Assembly (NCBI RefSeq): GCF_001194135.2
Contig: NC_068982.1
Location: forward strand, 86,220,026-86,265,736
Direction: 5' to 3'
Length of the DNA: 45,711 nt
Source: Octopus bimaculoides
Lineage: Eukaryota
Below, one piece after another: positions 11,813 through 24,539 of the stretch. Made by a program: the position numbers and the translations under genes. The notes beneath the pieces are model-generated. The model had not been told where the DNA came from. It did no database searches and was given only the letters and a program-made list of their open reading frames with translations. The first letter of the stretch is position 1, and each line of letters opens with the position of its first letter.

Positions 11813-12372
11813 TTCTACTACACTTGTTATTTATAAATTTTACACATAATGCTCTGAATAAATTTTTATTTTTAATATGTAAATATTCACTATGTGGTAT
11901 ATACAACTGTGACAAGAATGAACAGTTAGATTTTAATGTGTAGACATTATTACTTGGATTTTTTCTTAAATACAATTATATAGTTTGCCTATTTTTGAAG
12001 ATTTGTTATATATTCCCATTGTAAAGTAATTTAATTTATCTTCTTAATTCATCCTGTGATCATTGATTCAATTACTGATATTTTGTGTTGCAAATTGAAT
12101 TTGTTTTATCTTATATGAAATTTAGGGATTCTCACAATTTTTAAATGATAACTTATTGTATAATTAAAATCCAAGCTAAAATGCACAAAAAAGGTAAATA
12201 TTGAAGGTATAGTGTCAGGCAGAAACCTCTTTCTTGATAATAAAACATAAATATTATAGCTTATTTACTAAATCAACCATAATATTTAAATCAAATCAAG
12301 AATGGTAACTTCTTCTACTGATTATTGAAATGCCGGTAAGCTGGAGCAGTGCCAAATTATTTACTGTTGCAT
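11813..12372 (-). mobile_element. Degenerate Penelope-like RT remnant
   Basis: Minus strand KKLPFL (~12300-12320) and KFNLQHKISVIESMI (~12060-12110) resemble Penelope RT KLPFLD motif and post-RT helix; heavily decayed. Confidence 0.45.
11823..12138. repeat. 316-bp direct repeat, copy B
   Basis: Matches 7916-8231; begins about 15 bp after the LTR end. Confidence 0.95.
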
Positions 12373-12832
12373 NNNNNNNNNNNNNNNNNNNNNNNNNNNN
12401 NNNNNNNNNNNNNNNNNNNNNNNNNNNNNNNNNNNNNNNNNNNNNNNNNNNNNNNNNNNNNNNNNNNNNNNNNNNTTTTAAAATGTTATTTCCTATAACA
12501 ATATAACTAAAAAGTATTTTAAACCATTTAATATGCAAAATTCATTTTAAGAATATTGATATAAGAGATAAACAATGTAAAAAATATCACCCATCTTCAT
12601 ATTAAAAGATAAATTTCAATAAAATAAAAATATATAAGAGATAAGGAAAAATAGTTAAAGACACTTTAGAAAGAAAAATCCAATTTTCTGTTTGTCCCCC
12701 CCACCCGTACATACAGGTTTGATTTTCCACCTCAGGTAATATTTTGTAATACAGTACTTAAAAATTTCAAAATGTTTACTTGCAAGCAACAACAAAATAA
12801 AATAGAACATGGAAGCAAACAAGATAACCTAC

Positions 12833-12970
12833 CTCTCTCAACTTAGAAAGTTGTGATGTGTTATCTGATGTACCAAGGCTATGATTAGAAATATCATCAG
12901 GTTTAGAATTTTTAGTTACATCTGTGTTCTCAGTACCTGATATTTTATTAACAGCAGTTTCTTCAGTAGC
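12833..12970 (-). CDS. Host gene internal exon C (138 bp, phase 0-0): ATEETAVNKISGTENTDVTKNSKPDDISNHSLGTSDNTSQLSKLRE
   Basis: Acceptor atactttccag, donor GAG/gtaggt, open frame, phase matches exon B. Confidence 0.8.
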
Positions 12971-13869
12971 CTGGAAAGTATAAATGTTTAAACTGTAAGA
13001 GAAATTTCATGAGACAATCAGATAATATACTATATGATATACAGATCTGATTATCTCTTAAGATCCAATGAGGGTTGTTTGCAACAATGAAAACAATGCA
13101 TTCAATCTATATGTATTTTGAGTTTCATAGCTCAATACACAAAACATCTGCATCAACTGTGATACAGGAAAATATGTTTAAAGTGTATATTCAGACAGAA
13201 GTACTACTTTTAAGAATAGAGACATGGCAGATGTATAAGTAGCACAGGGAACAAATTACAATAGAATGTAAGTAGATGGAATATGATTCATTTGACGCAT
13301 TTGTTATGAACATGTGAAGATGTATGAATTACTTCTTAATCATGCTAAATTACTTAATTTGGATATATAAATCTATATGTAATCATGTTATCACAATAAT
13401 ATAATAAATGACAGAAAAGGTCAAAATTTGTTTAATGAATTTCTAATATAGCTATACAAAGCTTAGAGAAGGAAGAAATAAATTTAGTTATAGCTAACCT
13501 TTTCTAAAAATAGTTTACGAACAAAGAGCAAGTAGTTCCAATAACAAACTGAAACTAGATCACAACATTGTTTAATATAAGAACTTCATGCGTACATGCA
13601 TGTGCATGCACACGCGATTATGTGTAATGTTATAGGAAATGTTATAGGAAATAACAGTTACAATTTCTGGCCATGAATTTTCATTTGTTCAATGAACTGA
13701 AGTACCAAGTTCATTGAATTAGCATATAAGTAGCTGAGACTTCCACAGACACATGCTCCCTTTGTGTAATTCTCAGGTGGGATCAATATGGCATGGCATG
13801 ACCTTAAATAGAACAAAATAATTAACAAAAATTTAATGAAAGCAAGCAACACTTAAAGCATATCTAGTT

Positions 13870-14090
13870 GCACTCAGAGTTATGTTAGCACCAAGCCTCA
13901 ATTTGCTTTCAGGCTCACCCTTTTTTTTAAACTTGAACTACAAATACAATTCATCCAAGTGACTTCTAAGGAGTCTCTATCTATCTAATCTCACTCATAT
14001 AGTCTGGGTCAACCAACAGTAAGATCATATTTATTATTGTGTGATCGCAAACCAAAGTTCATAACTACTCGGCCATACTGCACCTGCAGA
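13870..14090 (-). mobile_element. Degenerate tRNA-derived SINE remnant
   Basis: Minus strand starts ggtgcagtatggccgagtagttatgaactttggtttgcgatcac, resembling the SINE heads elsewhere in the window. Confidence 0.4.
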
Positions 14091-14457
14091 GAGTGGACAA
14101 AATAATTGAAATACCACTTTGTATTTAACTGTTTTTTTTTATTGGCTATAATGTTTCAGTCTGTATATATGTGTTCATATGCATTATGTATGTCTTGTAC
14201 TTCATAATATAGCCCTCTTTTTTTACTTCTTTTATTTTTTCTGCAGATATTTATATTTAAATAAGTTATAATGTATGACCGTTCTGATTTCCAGAGAGGA
14301 CAAATTATTGGAGTATAGATGGTTGGAGCTTCAGTAACTAAAACTACTCAGTTATATAATATTTTGAGAGGGTTAGTCTCTAAAATCATGTTAGCATTCT
14401 AAAACCAAAGTAAAACCAGATTTGGCAAGCATATTTCTGGACAGAGGGCAAAGTTTA

Positions 14458-15305
14458 CAGGGAGGGGCCACAGAATGATGAAACATACCGTCTAAAAACC
14501 ATCAAACTACAACACTAAAAGTGACAGCAGAGCCTAACCATCACCTTGTCAACCCTGTGTCAACTAAAACTGCTTGTCATGAGCTTCATAAGGCTGGAAT
14601 ACCATGAGCTGGTTACAACTGTTAAATCTCTCTTATCCCCCACAAACATTGATAGGTGGAAAAAATTAGACTATCAGAAGTGGTCAATGGCTGAATGGAA
14701 CAATGCCACCTTCTCTCAAGAATCATAATGCACCCTTTATCTCACTTCAGGGTGAGTTTATGTCTGGAGACAGCCCAATGAAGCCTTTAACCCTGACTGT
14801 GTGGCCCCTTCATCAAAGTATGAATGTGGTTCTGTGATGATTTGGGCAGCCATATTGTGGAATTCTATTGGCTCTTTAGTTGTTCTACATTGCAGAGTTA
14901 ACACCAAGGATTATTTGAGTATCTGGGCTGATTATGTCTATTTTATGGTTACAAACATTGTATCCTTCCAGGATGATAATGCACTGATACAAAATTTATT
15001 GTTATTCAAAATTGGTATGAAGGGCATAAAAGGTAGACCACTTGGATTGGCCTCCATAATCACTGGAACTCAATATCACCAAACATTTCAAGTGCATTCT
15101 GGAGCAGCAGGTGAGGAGTTGCTTAACTCTGCCATCATCGCTGAAAGAGGTAAAGCAGGTTTTCTCCTAACAATCATTCAGAAATTGTATAAGTCAATTC
15201 CTCAATGTATTTAAGCTGTGTTTATTGAGAAAGGTGGACTAACCCTGTATTAAATGATAAAACCCCTATTTAACAAGATGTTTCTATTATTTTGTCTAAC
15301 CCCTG
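14458..15305 (+). mobile_element. Tc1-family DNA transposon, internally deleted
   Basis: TA-flanked; right TIR gtttctattattttgtctaacccctg, diverged left TIR cagggaggggccacagaatgatgaaaca; GSVMIWAAI, FQDDNA motifs. Confidence 0.85.
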
Positions 15306-16501
15306 TAGATATATATGATCTTTCTTATGTATTTTACTTTTCTTAACTTAATATCTCTCCACGCAGAGTACTCTGGAATTATTTCCTATGCCCTGATAAG
15401 ACAAGATTTTAAGTTATATATGTGCTCTCCTCATTTCCCTTGTATGTTCCAGTTGCTTTATATTCTACAACTTGAGGCCAACAATTATTTATAATATAAC
15501 TTTATAGGAAGATGTGTCTTTCTACACCAGTTGAATATGTGAATAATCACAAAAATATCTGGATGTCCTGAAAGCTTATAAAGTAAATATATTCTAATCC
15601 AATATATGATCAAAAAACATTGTCACAGAGATAAAAATACTTGAAGTTACTGGACACAGAACTGTTAACAATAGAAACTATTCCTTGATTTTGCAAGAGC
15701 AATTTCTTCAGTAGAACTCTTTATTACAAAACACCATGAAGGGTGGGGTGAAAACTATACTTTCTGCACACATGCCTAAATATGTTATCCCTTGGTTTAA
15801 TTTTTATATCTCCAGCTGTCAATTCCCTACAGAATTCATGTCTATTATATTTTATTTTATCCATCTACTTTTCTTCCTCTCCTATCCTTTTCCTGCCTTT
15901 TGTTTACATTAATGATGGACAAGTCTTTAAACTTAGATCCAGCATCTTAATTGATAACATACAAACGTATTTATTATTTACATTTATTCTTTATTGCCAA
16001 TACCATTTTAAATTTATCAATTATCGGTCTTCCGAATATTGTGCATATAAAAGATGATTTTGTATGTATACAGCAGCATCGAAGCATTGGTGTAACCATG
16101 ACGTTCTGTTGATCTGAAGAGTAAGCCTTCTACATCTGCATTGATTTGTAAACATACAATAGTATTATGCGATGTGTAGTGTGCATACTGGTGCAGACAC
16201 ATAAAATCATTTATTATACACTGAAATTATTATTACATGATAAAGGCTGTGAGATGGTTATCATCTTGCAGATATGAAGTGTTTAAATAAATATATTCCC
16301 TCCTCATACCTCTTGACTTTTAATGATCTATATACTCCTCATGAAATAATTTCATAGATTGGATCTATTCGATTTCAGCTGCGTTGGACTTTACATTGTA
16401 TCCTTCTGTATTGGATTACTATGTGGTGTGGTAGCCAGGTCCACTAGAGGAGCTTTCTGTGATTGCCACGGGGTTCTATGAATCCATATATTGCCCTACA
16501 A

Positions 16502-16551
<50 letters not shown>

Positions 16552-16872
16552 CATGCATTTTTATGAATTAAAGTCAGCCAGAACAGGTTTTAAACTGCAA
16601 GTGAAACTGGAACAAACATGACTAGTAAAATAACAGTTATAAACATAATTTTATTTGATGAGTTTAAAAATCTGGTCATCTCTCATGTCTCATGAAAATC
16701 TGAGATAATTCAGCACTCACTTATCCAGATCTAGCCTAATTCAGTTAGCCTAATTAGTATCTAAAATAGTCAACTATTACACAGAGATTATTCTATATTT
16801 ATGACTTAAAATAACCCCAGAATACTGATAGTAATTAGCAACAATGTAAACAGCTATGGATTTTTAGGTATA

Positions 16873-17741
16873 TACAAGGTGGTAAGGCTAAATTTAATGA
16901 TTATTTATTCCTTCTTTTTGGGGGAACAGTTGGTGAACTGTCAATGGTGGTGGAGAGCATAAATATCAAAACTGCAGTTGAGAAAAAGTTACCTGACATG
17001 GAGCACTGGAAACTATCTGAATATTAAAAAAGAGTTACCTGTATCTGATGATTTGCACTGGGCATCAAAAGGTTAACATCATGACTGTTGTTCAATGTTC
17101 TGTGAACACTGTAAAGGCTGTAGGACATGACATGGACAGCTGCAACAAAGCCTATGAAGCTGTGGCCAACAGGAAGTGGGTGTCTACAGTGAGGGTGATG
17201 TCATACTTTCCATATCTTCGATATTGAGCCTTGTGTTCAATTCAGATGGCTATGTGAAGCTGCTAGAGATTGGTCAAACCCCTGATTGGAGAGGATTGCT
17301 GCTGGAAGGCCATGTGTGGCAGCAAGATTCAGCTCCTTATCATACCTTAAGAGTCAGAAGTGGTTGTTGGAGAATTTTTGTAACTTCACTAACTGCAATT
17401 TCTAGCATCTTAATTCTCCCATTTATAATCCCATGGACTACTATGTGTGGGGTGCAGTTTTGAAAGAAACTAACCACTCTGCTTGGAACACCAAGGCTGA
17501 GCTGGGGGGCTAAGATCAAAGAGGGGTTCAGAGATCTTCCCAAAAACACAGTGAGGAATGTATGTGCCAGAGTCTAAAGCCTTCTTGAAGCCATAATGAA
17601 AGCTGAGTGTGGCTACTTTGAGTAAACTGTTATCTCCCAGCCAAGTTGATATTTAAAAAATGTTTTTAAATGCTTTTATTTTTGGATGGAATATTGTTTT
17701 TCTTTTCTACAAACTGTTGAATTTAGCTCAGACACCCTATA
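16873..17741 (+). mobile_element. maT-like (IS630-Tc1-mariner, DD..D) transposon, internally deleted
   Basis: Imperfect TIRs tacaaggtggtaaggctaaattt / aatttagctcagacacccta; VWQQDSAPYH and PMDYYVWG motifs. Subfamily call is by motif resemblance. Confidence 0.75.
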
Positions 17742-17864
17742 AGTTCCTTATTAATTGCAATAACCTAACAAATACCTTTCCTTTTTCTAATCAAGAAGAG
17801 CTCCTACTGAGCTATGGATAAAGGCTCCACTTTTTTTTTATCAACAGAATGATATTATACTAAC

Positions 17865-18186
17865 CTTAGATGCTGAATTTATCTCCTGTTGCTTCTGTGT
17901 ACAAATTACTGTATCTTTGTTATTGGCAACTTTTAAAGAATTTGAGTCAGCATTTTCGTCTTGAAGTATAGTTTCTTTAGAAAATTCCAAAGAATGAACA
18001 CCTAACTTGCGCATGTTTCTTGACTGAAGATGTTTCTTAGGTGACATTTCTAATTCACCTTCAGGAGCTTTACTGGTTTTAAATGAAGTTTCACTGGCAT
18101 TAACAATTTGGACTCCTTCAGTATTTGATCCATTTCTTAAAAGACTACTATCACGAATACAGGACTTTTTGGGAACATCAGAACCA
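17865..18186 (-). CDS. Host gene internal exon B (322 bp, phase 2-0): GSDVPKKSCIRDSSLLRNG...KQQEINSASK
   Basis: Strong acceptor aatttttctttcttcag, donor AAG/gttagt, 107 open codons; AG|T junction with exon A makes Ser in frame. Confidence 0.85.
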
Positions 18187-18987
18187 CTGAAGAAAGAAAA
18201 ATTACTATATATAGCATTTACAGGAAGTTCTATATTTTATTCTGATATGTAAATGTGCTAAAATTCACAAGAACACACATTCTTAAATGAAAGAATATTT
18301 TTATAAAATTTGAAGTATTTTGTAATATAAGAGATATTTTCGTCTCTTCATTTTACTAAGATCCTATTATTTCTGGTTAGATTGTCTAAACACAATCATT
18401 TTTGCAGCATTTCAATTTGTTTGTAGTTCCAAAATTATTTTTTGCTCTGTACAAAAGAGATCAGGTAAAACATTTTAAAGAAAGTAACTAAAACAAAGAT
18501 GAGTGACTACAATACCCTGCTTCCGCTAACACGCGCAAGATAATGAACAACTATTTGAAAAAGCATTAATACTAAATGAAATATGTTCTAAGTACCAATT
18601 GCATTTAATTATACATTTAGTACCCGGTAACCAGAAATTAAATTTTATTTTATTTTTCATGATACCAATAAAACCTAAATAAAAACATATGAAAACTTCA
18701 TTAAAAAATCAATTAGTGTATATATGTATGGTACATGAAGTTACACTATAAAATTAGTGATATGTATATGCATAGTTCATGCACAAAAAAATATAAGTAA
18801 AAAAGCGAATAAAATATGTTATCATTATTATTAAAAATAAAATTTTGATTGCAATGTATATATTGCAAAATATATATTTTTTGAGACTTTTTCTTTTACT
18901 GGTTTCAATCATCCACATCAGCAACAATTATATTGCTATGCAAATTTGGACAGATCAGCTTAATTCTACCTTGTGTAGTTATATTAA

Positions 18988-19207
18988 CCCTTTCGTTACT
19001 GTATTTATTTTGAGATGCTCTGTGTTTCTTTCAATTACTTTAAATATAAGAAAGAATTTAGTAAAATAACTTAGTTATCATTCAGCTAGTGTTAGGAACA
19101 TAAATTGTGACTAAAGTTTAGTGGAAGATTTTAATTCAAAACTTATGAAAACAAGAAATTTGTACCTAGAGCCAGAGCTGGTTTCAGCCGGGTTGGTAAT
19201 GAAAAGG
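18988..19207. mobile_element. piggyBac-type MITE (220 bp)
   Basis: TTAA-ccctttcgttac...gtaatgaaaagg-TTAA (TTAA at 18984-18987 and 19208-19211). Confidence 0.85.
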
Positions 19208-19714
19208 TTAAAAAGTGTTATAAGCTCTTTTTCTCTCTATGGTCAGAAAAATGAATAACCACTCTGCAGTTTAACCATAGAATCCTTTTTTATAGTGAAA
19301 CTAAACATGAGTGTTTACAAAAAAGTTCTTCAATACATTCAGTTTAGTTCCTTCTCTCTCATTCTCTTTCTCCAACCATTTATCTGCCCTCATTCACGAT
19401 ACTTTTCTTTTATTTTGTGGTGATTTCCACTGCCTCCAGCATAGCTACCTCTGAATTGGCTGCTATTTCTGCTGATTCTCTCTTCCCTCCCTTCCTGTTA
19501 CTCACTTACATAAACCCCTCTATCTATGTGGGGAGCTTAATTCTCACACTGCTTACTTGTTATTATCCATGAATATCAACATGTCCAGCTCAATGAATCG
19601 TTCTCTTCTTTTCTGTTAATCGTACATCATTCATCTATTTTGTGTTTCTACCTTATAAAATACTAACCTGCCAGTAATCTAATTTAGCTAACTCTTATAA
19701 TTGTAATTTTTTGG

Positions 19715-22700
19715 ATCCTCCAGCCTGATTAAGCAAACACAACAGTCTGATGATAAATTGCAATAAAGGCAATGTAGATATTCACCACCTCTGCCTGACT
19801 TTTTAGGGACAGTTTCCTCTCTGCTCATTTCTGTGTAAGACTGGCTGCTCTGCTCATCATGTCATCCCAGTCTTTGTCCACATGGAAGTCAGGACTGAAC
19901 CAGATCCCATGTAGTTTAAATAATCTGTCAGTCCAGTGTCCAGCAACACCATTGACCTGCCTCTCCAGGTGCTCAATTATAAGCTCACCGACTTGTCAGC
20001 ATTGATTTTGGTCCCTACATTCTACTTATATTCCTCTAGAATTGAGCCAAATGTCTTCACTTTAGAATCATCTGACACCATGACATCAACCACATACACT
20101 GATACAGCCATCCCATATCACAGTTCAATAGGAATGCTCCTCAACTGCTTCAACTTCTGATAGACTGAGCATGCGATGTTAAATGTTTCCAAAAGGTGGC
20201 TGTTTACTTTGACCACCAAGCAGGTGCACTGTGCATTACAGCAATCTAGCCTTTGAAAACCATTCTGAAACTAGTCACTTTCAGGACAGCTTTCAATTAG
20301 TGATGGCTAATCCTATCAAATGGTTTGGACTGATCCAAATTGATCAGGGCCCCACAGAAGCCAACTTTAATCCCAGCCCTGCCTATGATGTATTACATAA
20401 GGTGGAAGTTGTCGTGGATAGAGCTGTTTGGGACTGTGCATGTTGGTACATCCATGACCAGACCACCAACAAGTGCCAACCTTTACACTAACACCTTAGC
20501 CAAAATCTTAAACTTTGTGTTTAGTAAAGTTATGGGCCAAAAATTCCCTAAAATGTCCCCATTATTGGCACCCTTCCTCAACAGTGTTACAACATCCCAG
20601 CTAACAGCATTAGGAATTTCCCTGATCTGCTGCCAGATGTCTGCCAAGAGGCCACGAAACAAATCTGGCATGAATACATAAAACTCATAGAGTAGACCAT
20701 TTAAACTGGCAATTTGTAATTTGTCCACTCACTCATTGCCTCCCATATTTTAGTGGCAATTATTGGCTTTTCACACAACCTTGCTGAGAGCCACTATAGG
20801 CCATCCAAGTACAAATTACAGTCTGCTACTGTCGTCAACCCATTGCCCTCTCCAAACAGCTACACAAAGTGCTACTTGGAAAGTGACTCTCATTTGCTCA
20901 TAACCAAGTAGCACGCACCTGTCCTGATCCATCAAACACCTGATAGTGGTCTCATTGCCATGTCATGTCTCTATGATTTGTACCCATTGGATGGCTTTAG
21001 TTCCTTCATGCTTGAGTGCACAAGCCTTAGCTCTAACAAGGCAGCCTTCATGTTTTGCCTCAAAGAAATAGTCAAGGGCTATTCTTACTGCTAGCATATC
21101 CGTTGTGATGCCTTTACTAATTGCCTCTTCTAGGTTGCTAACTAATTCTCTCTTTTTAATCTATTTCTTTCTATAGCTAGCTCTTTGCCTAGTGCTATTA
21201 ATTCTACTCTAATCACCCTCTTCAGGGTGATCCTCCACCAGTTGTTGACAATTTCCCCTGTCAGCTGCAACTTAACCAGCTCATTAATCTAGTCCCTGTA
21301 GTCTTTGTGTACTGGTAAGGATGCATTCAACATCCAGTAACAGGGTCCCTGTGTATGGGTCCTACCTAATTTGAAGTGCAGATCTACACTTTCCCTATCT
21401 ACTGAACAAACAAATATTCTATCTCGATATGATCTGGATGACCTGTTGTGATTGCTCTATGTGTACACTGGCACATCAGGAAAATTCAGTCGGTACCTGT
21501 CAGGCAGTGCAAGACATTCCCAAGAAGAAATCTGGCCTTTCAGCCCCTGTTGAGGTATAAAAGGCTACCAGTCTAAGGCAACACGGGTCCAAGAAGACTG
21601 CCCATACTTAGAGATCTAAAAATTTCTGCAACAGCACTGCTACACTGCTACCTGCTGCTAGTAGACCACAAGATGAGAATATTTTGTAGTGTTTAAAAAC
21701 AGATGCTAGAGTAGGTTTTTTTGAAATTCTCATTTCACTAATGGTAGTCACATCTAAATCAAGCAGCCTGAGATCATTTGAGCAAGTGAACTTACTTCCA
21801 AGCTGATCCTACACCACACACATTCACATACCCCACTATCAGCACAATCATGCTAGTTGGAGAAAGGAAAAGAGGAGGTCATTCATATTGATTTTTGAGA
21901 AGCCTGGATGTTCTGGACCTCTCTACTGGTGAATATTTTCTAAAAGGCCTTTCTGAAAGCCTTTTGTCTATTGTCTTTTTAAAAATTCCAACAGTAGCTG
22001 AGAAATTTTCATGAATTGTTTTATAAACGTCTGAGGACATTTTTATTAATAATCTGTCCTTCAAGATTTTGAGGATGAAATTCTCAACTTCCTTTCCTTC
22101 AATCTCAATGTTATGGTTATTTTGATTTACAAAATTCACTGATTCATTGTTGCTTTCGTTCACAATAGTGAAATTGATGGATACATTTTGCATACAGTTG
22201 GAAGTATTTTGATGTTTTTTGCAGTTTCATTATTGGTTGTTACTGTGTTTTCTTGTTGATGTTTTTGTTGAGTGGTTGTGAATTGGGCTGCAATTTTGGT
22301 TTCTGTGTTTGTTTTTGCTGTGTTCTTGGAGTAGGACTATGTACCCTCCTCCTTTTTCGCCTGCCTCCTTTTGTTACAGTGATTTATATTTCAGCCTGCT
22401 CTTCTTTCTTAATGTTATTGCTGTTGTTATTGGTTTGGGGAGCAGGGTGTTAGGAGAAGTTTGCTTTTCTGTGGGAGCCAAGAGTAAACCCCTTCATTGT
22501 CTTGTTTTGGTTATGGGTGTTGGAGTCTTTAGTACTTCCTCCTGATTTTGTGTTTGCAGTGTTGGCAGCAATGAGTGGCTTGTTTTCTGTATCTGAGAGC
22601 AGAAAGCCTTTAAGTGAGTCACAGATCCACATATGCAGCATTTTGGCTTTCTACCCTCCACTATCTCTGACACTCTTGAATGTTTTGCTGAATTTTTGAT

Positions 22701-22900
22701 TTGCTGAACTGTCAAATATTTTGAATCTGCTAGCAGACAAAAATATATTACCATCTGTATTTGTTTTTGCTGGCATGACAGTGACATTTACTGTAGTCAA
22801 CACTACATCAGTATTCTCTTCATTTTCAGACAAAGAATGCATTCCGTCACCAAATACTATAATTAGTTCTTTCTCCACTATGTTTCAAAATATTTAGAAA
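19715..22900 (-). mobile_element. L1/Tx1-clade LINE, decayed, with ORF1 and ORF2 remnants
   Basis: ORF1 CCHC knuckle VEGRKPKCCICGSVTHLKAFC (~22590-22660); RT motifs VVTLLRKG...NFWPITLLNTKFKILAKVL, LINLDQSKPFDRISH, and KLSLKSQAEVVNIYIA. Confidence 0.9.
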
Positions 22901-23154
22901 ATACCAAAATATTTGCTTTTTCCAGATAGTTCAAGCAAGCTCAAAAATATTGATGTGCACCTCCTACAAAACAGTGAGAGAGTCTCTAAACAAATACTGC
23001 CAGCACAATTCAGGCAATGTTAAAAACAAGGCTGTACAAATTTAAAATGAATGAATGGGGACTTAACAGGCTGAAAAGATTGAAAATAATCTTACAACTT
23101 ACAGAGTGTCCGAGTTACCATGTCTTTCCAGTATGGTGGCCATAATAATAATAT

Positions 23155-23373
23155 TGATAATGGTTTTAAATTTTGGCATAAGGCCGGCAATTTTAACAGA
23201 GAGGATAAGTTGATTACATCAACCCCAGTGTTCAACGGGTACTTATTTTATCAACTCCAAAAGGATGAAAGGTAAAGCCAACCTCAGCAGAATTTGAACA
23301 CAGAATGTAAAGATGGGCAAAATATCACTAAGCATTTTGCCTGGCTTGCTGACAATTCAGCCAGCTCACTACC
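23155..23373 (-). mobile_element. tRNA-derived SINE (second family), copy 1
   Basis: Minus head ggtagtgagctggctgaatt, B-box-like gttcaaattc, central ctttacctttcatccttttggagttgataaaataagtacc, AT-rich tail. Confidence 0.85.
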
Positions 23374-23399
23374 TTAATAATAATAATAACAACAATATA

Positions 23400-23614
23400 A
23401 TAATCCTTTCTACTATAGGCACAAGGCCTAAAATTTGGGGGAGGAGGCTAGTCAATTTCATTGACTCCAATGAGTAACTAGTACTTATTTAATCGATACT
23501 GAAAAGATGAGAGACAAAGTTGGCCTCGTGGAATTTGAACTCAGGGCGTAAAGACAGACAAAATACTGCTAAGCATTTTGCCTAGCATGCTAATGCTTCT
23601 GCCAGCATGCCGCG
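23400..23614 (-). mobile_element. tRNA-derived SINE (second family), copy 2 in tandem
   Basis: Same architecture as 23155-23373 (gagttcaaattcc B-box). Confidence 0.85.
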
Positions 23615-23635
23615 TTAATAATAATAAAAGATGTG

Positions 23636-24210
23636 ATTGCAATAGATATCTTATTGGTTGAACAATATTTTGACAGCTTGCCTGTCTTTGTTGAGTTCAA
23701 AATGGAAAGTGATGCACAAAAATTCAAAATTATAGACATTCAAATTCAAAATTTGAATGAGGCAACCGACATTACCACGTTAATGGAATGACATCATCAG
23801 TCTTCAATTCTCAAGTTTACAACTAGCAAAAAGAATAAGAAAGAAAAAAAGAGAAAAGAAAAGAAATAAAAGAAAAAGGAATTATACTCTCCATGCATCC
23901 TCCCCCACTACTAATTTGGTTCCCTATGTAGCACTGCTCTCTCACTCAATAACAACAACAACAACAACAACAATAACAATAATAATAATAATAATAACAA
24001 TGATAGACGATAAGAAGAGCGCAATGCAATTGTAATAGATTTTTTTCATTAGTTTGAACGATATTTTGGCAGTTCAAAATGTAAATTGAAGAAACACAGA
24101 AATTCAAAAATATAAATGATGAAATCCTGTGTTCCCATTTTTGACTAAATGACATCATCAGTCTTCAATTTTGCAACTGGCAAAAGCAAGAAAAAAGAAA
24201 AGAAAAATAT
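23636..24210. repeat. Old degenerate direct duplication separated by (CAA/TAA)n
   Basis: ~23636-23880 and ~24020-24210 share tgaac.atattttg.cag, ttcaaaatg, aatgacatcatcagtcttcaatt and A-rich ends; trinucleotide run ~23947-24000. Confidence 0.7.
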
Positions 24211-24539
24211 GACAAGTAATTTTTACTTTTAGGACAAATGTTAGGTGACAAACTTATTGATACTGGAAACTCTCCAGAGAAGTTTTTATTTGATCAATCA
24301 AAAATGCAAACACAAAATTTTGCCTCAAAAACAATAAATTTGTTCCTTTCCTGAAAATAAAAGTTTTTCAAATGCCAATAAAAACTAAAAACGTCACTTA
24401 GTTTTTATCACCCACCCAGAAATGGATTACTCTTAGAAAAATGACTATTTTTATCACCCAATTGGTTTCATGTTTTAAGTGAAGAATTTAAATAAAACCC
24501 AAAAGTTAGTCAGAAATCAAATGAAAGTAAGACTATGAA

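Noticed and set aside
13658-13852. Minus ORF with a good-looking acceptor between exons B and C, containing an 11-bp hairpin (13688-13718)
   Set aside because: Open frame needs a phase 2 start but exon B ends in phase 0; phase 0 hits TGA; donor weak
16030-16230. Weak inverted similarity (atgatttt...cag / ctg...aaaatcat)
   Set aside because: Only about 17 of 23 matches; cannot support a MITE call
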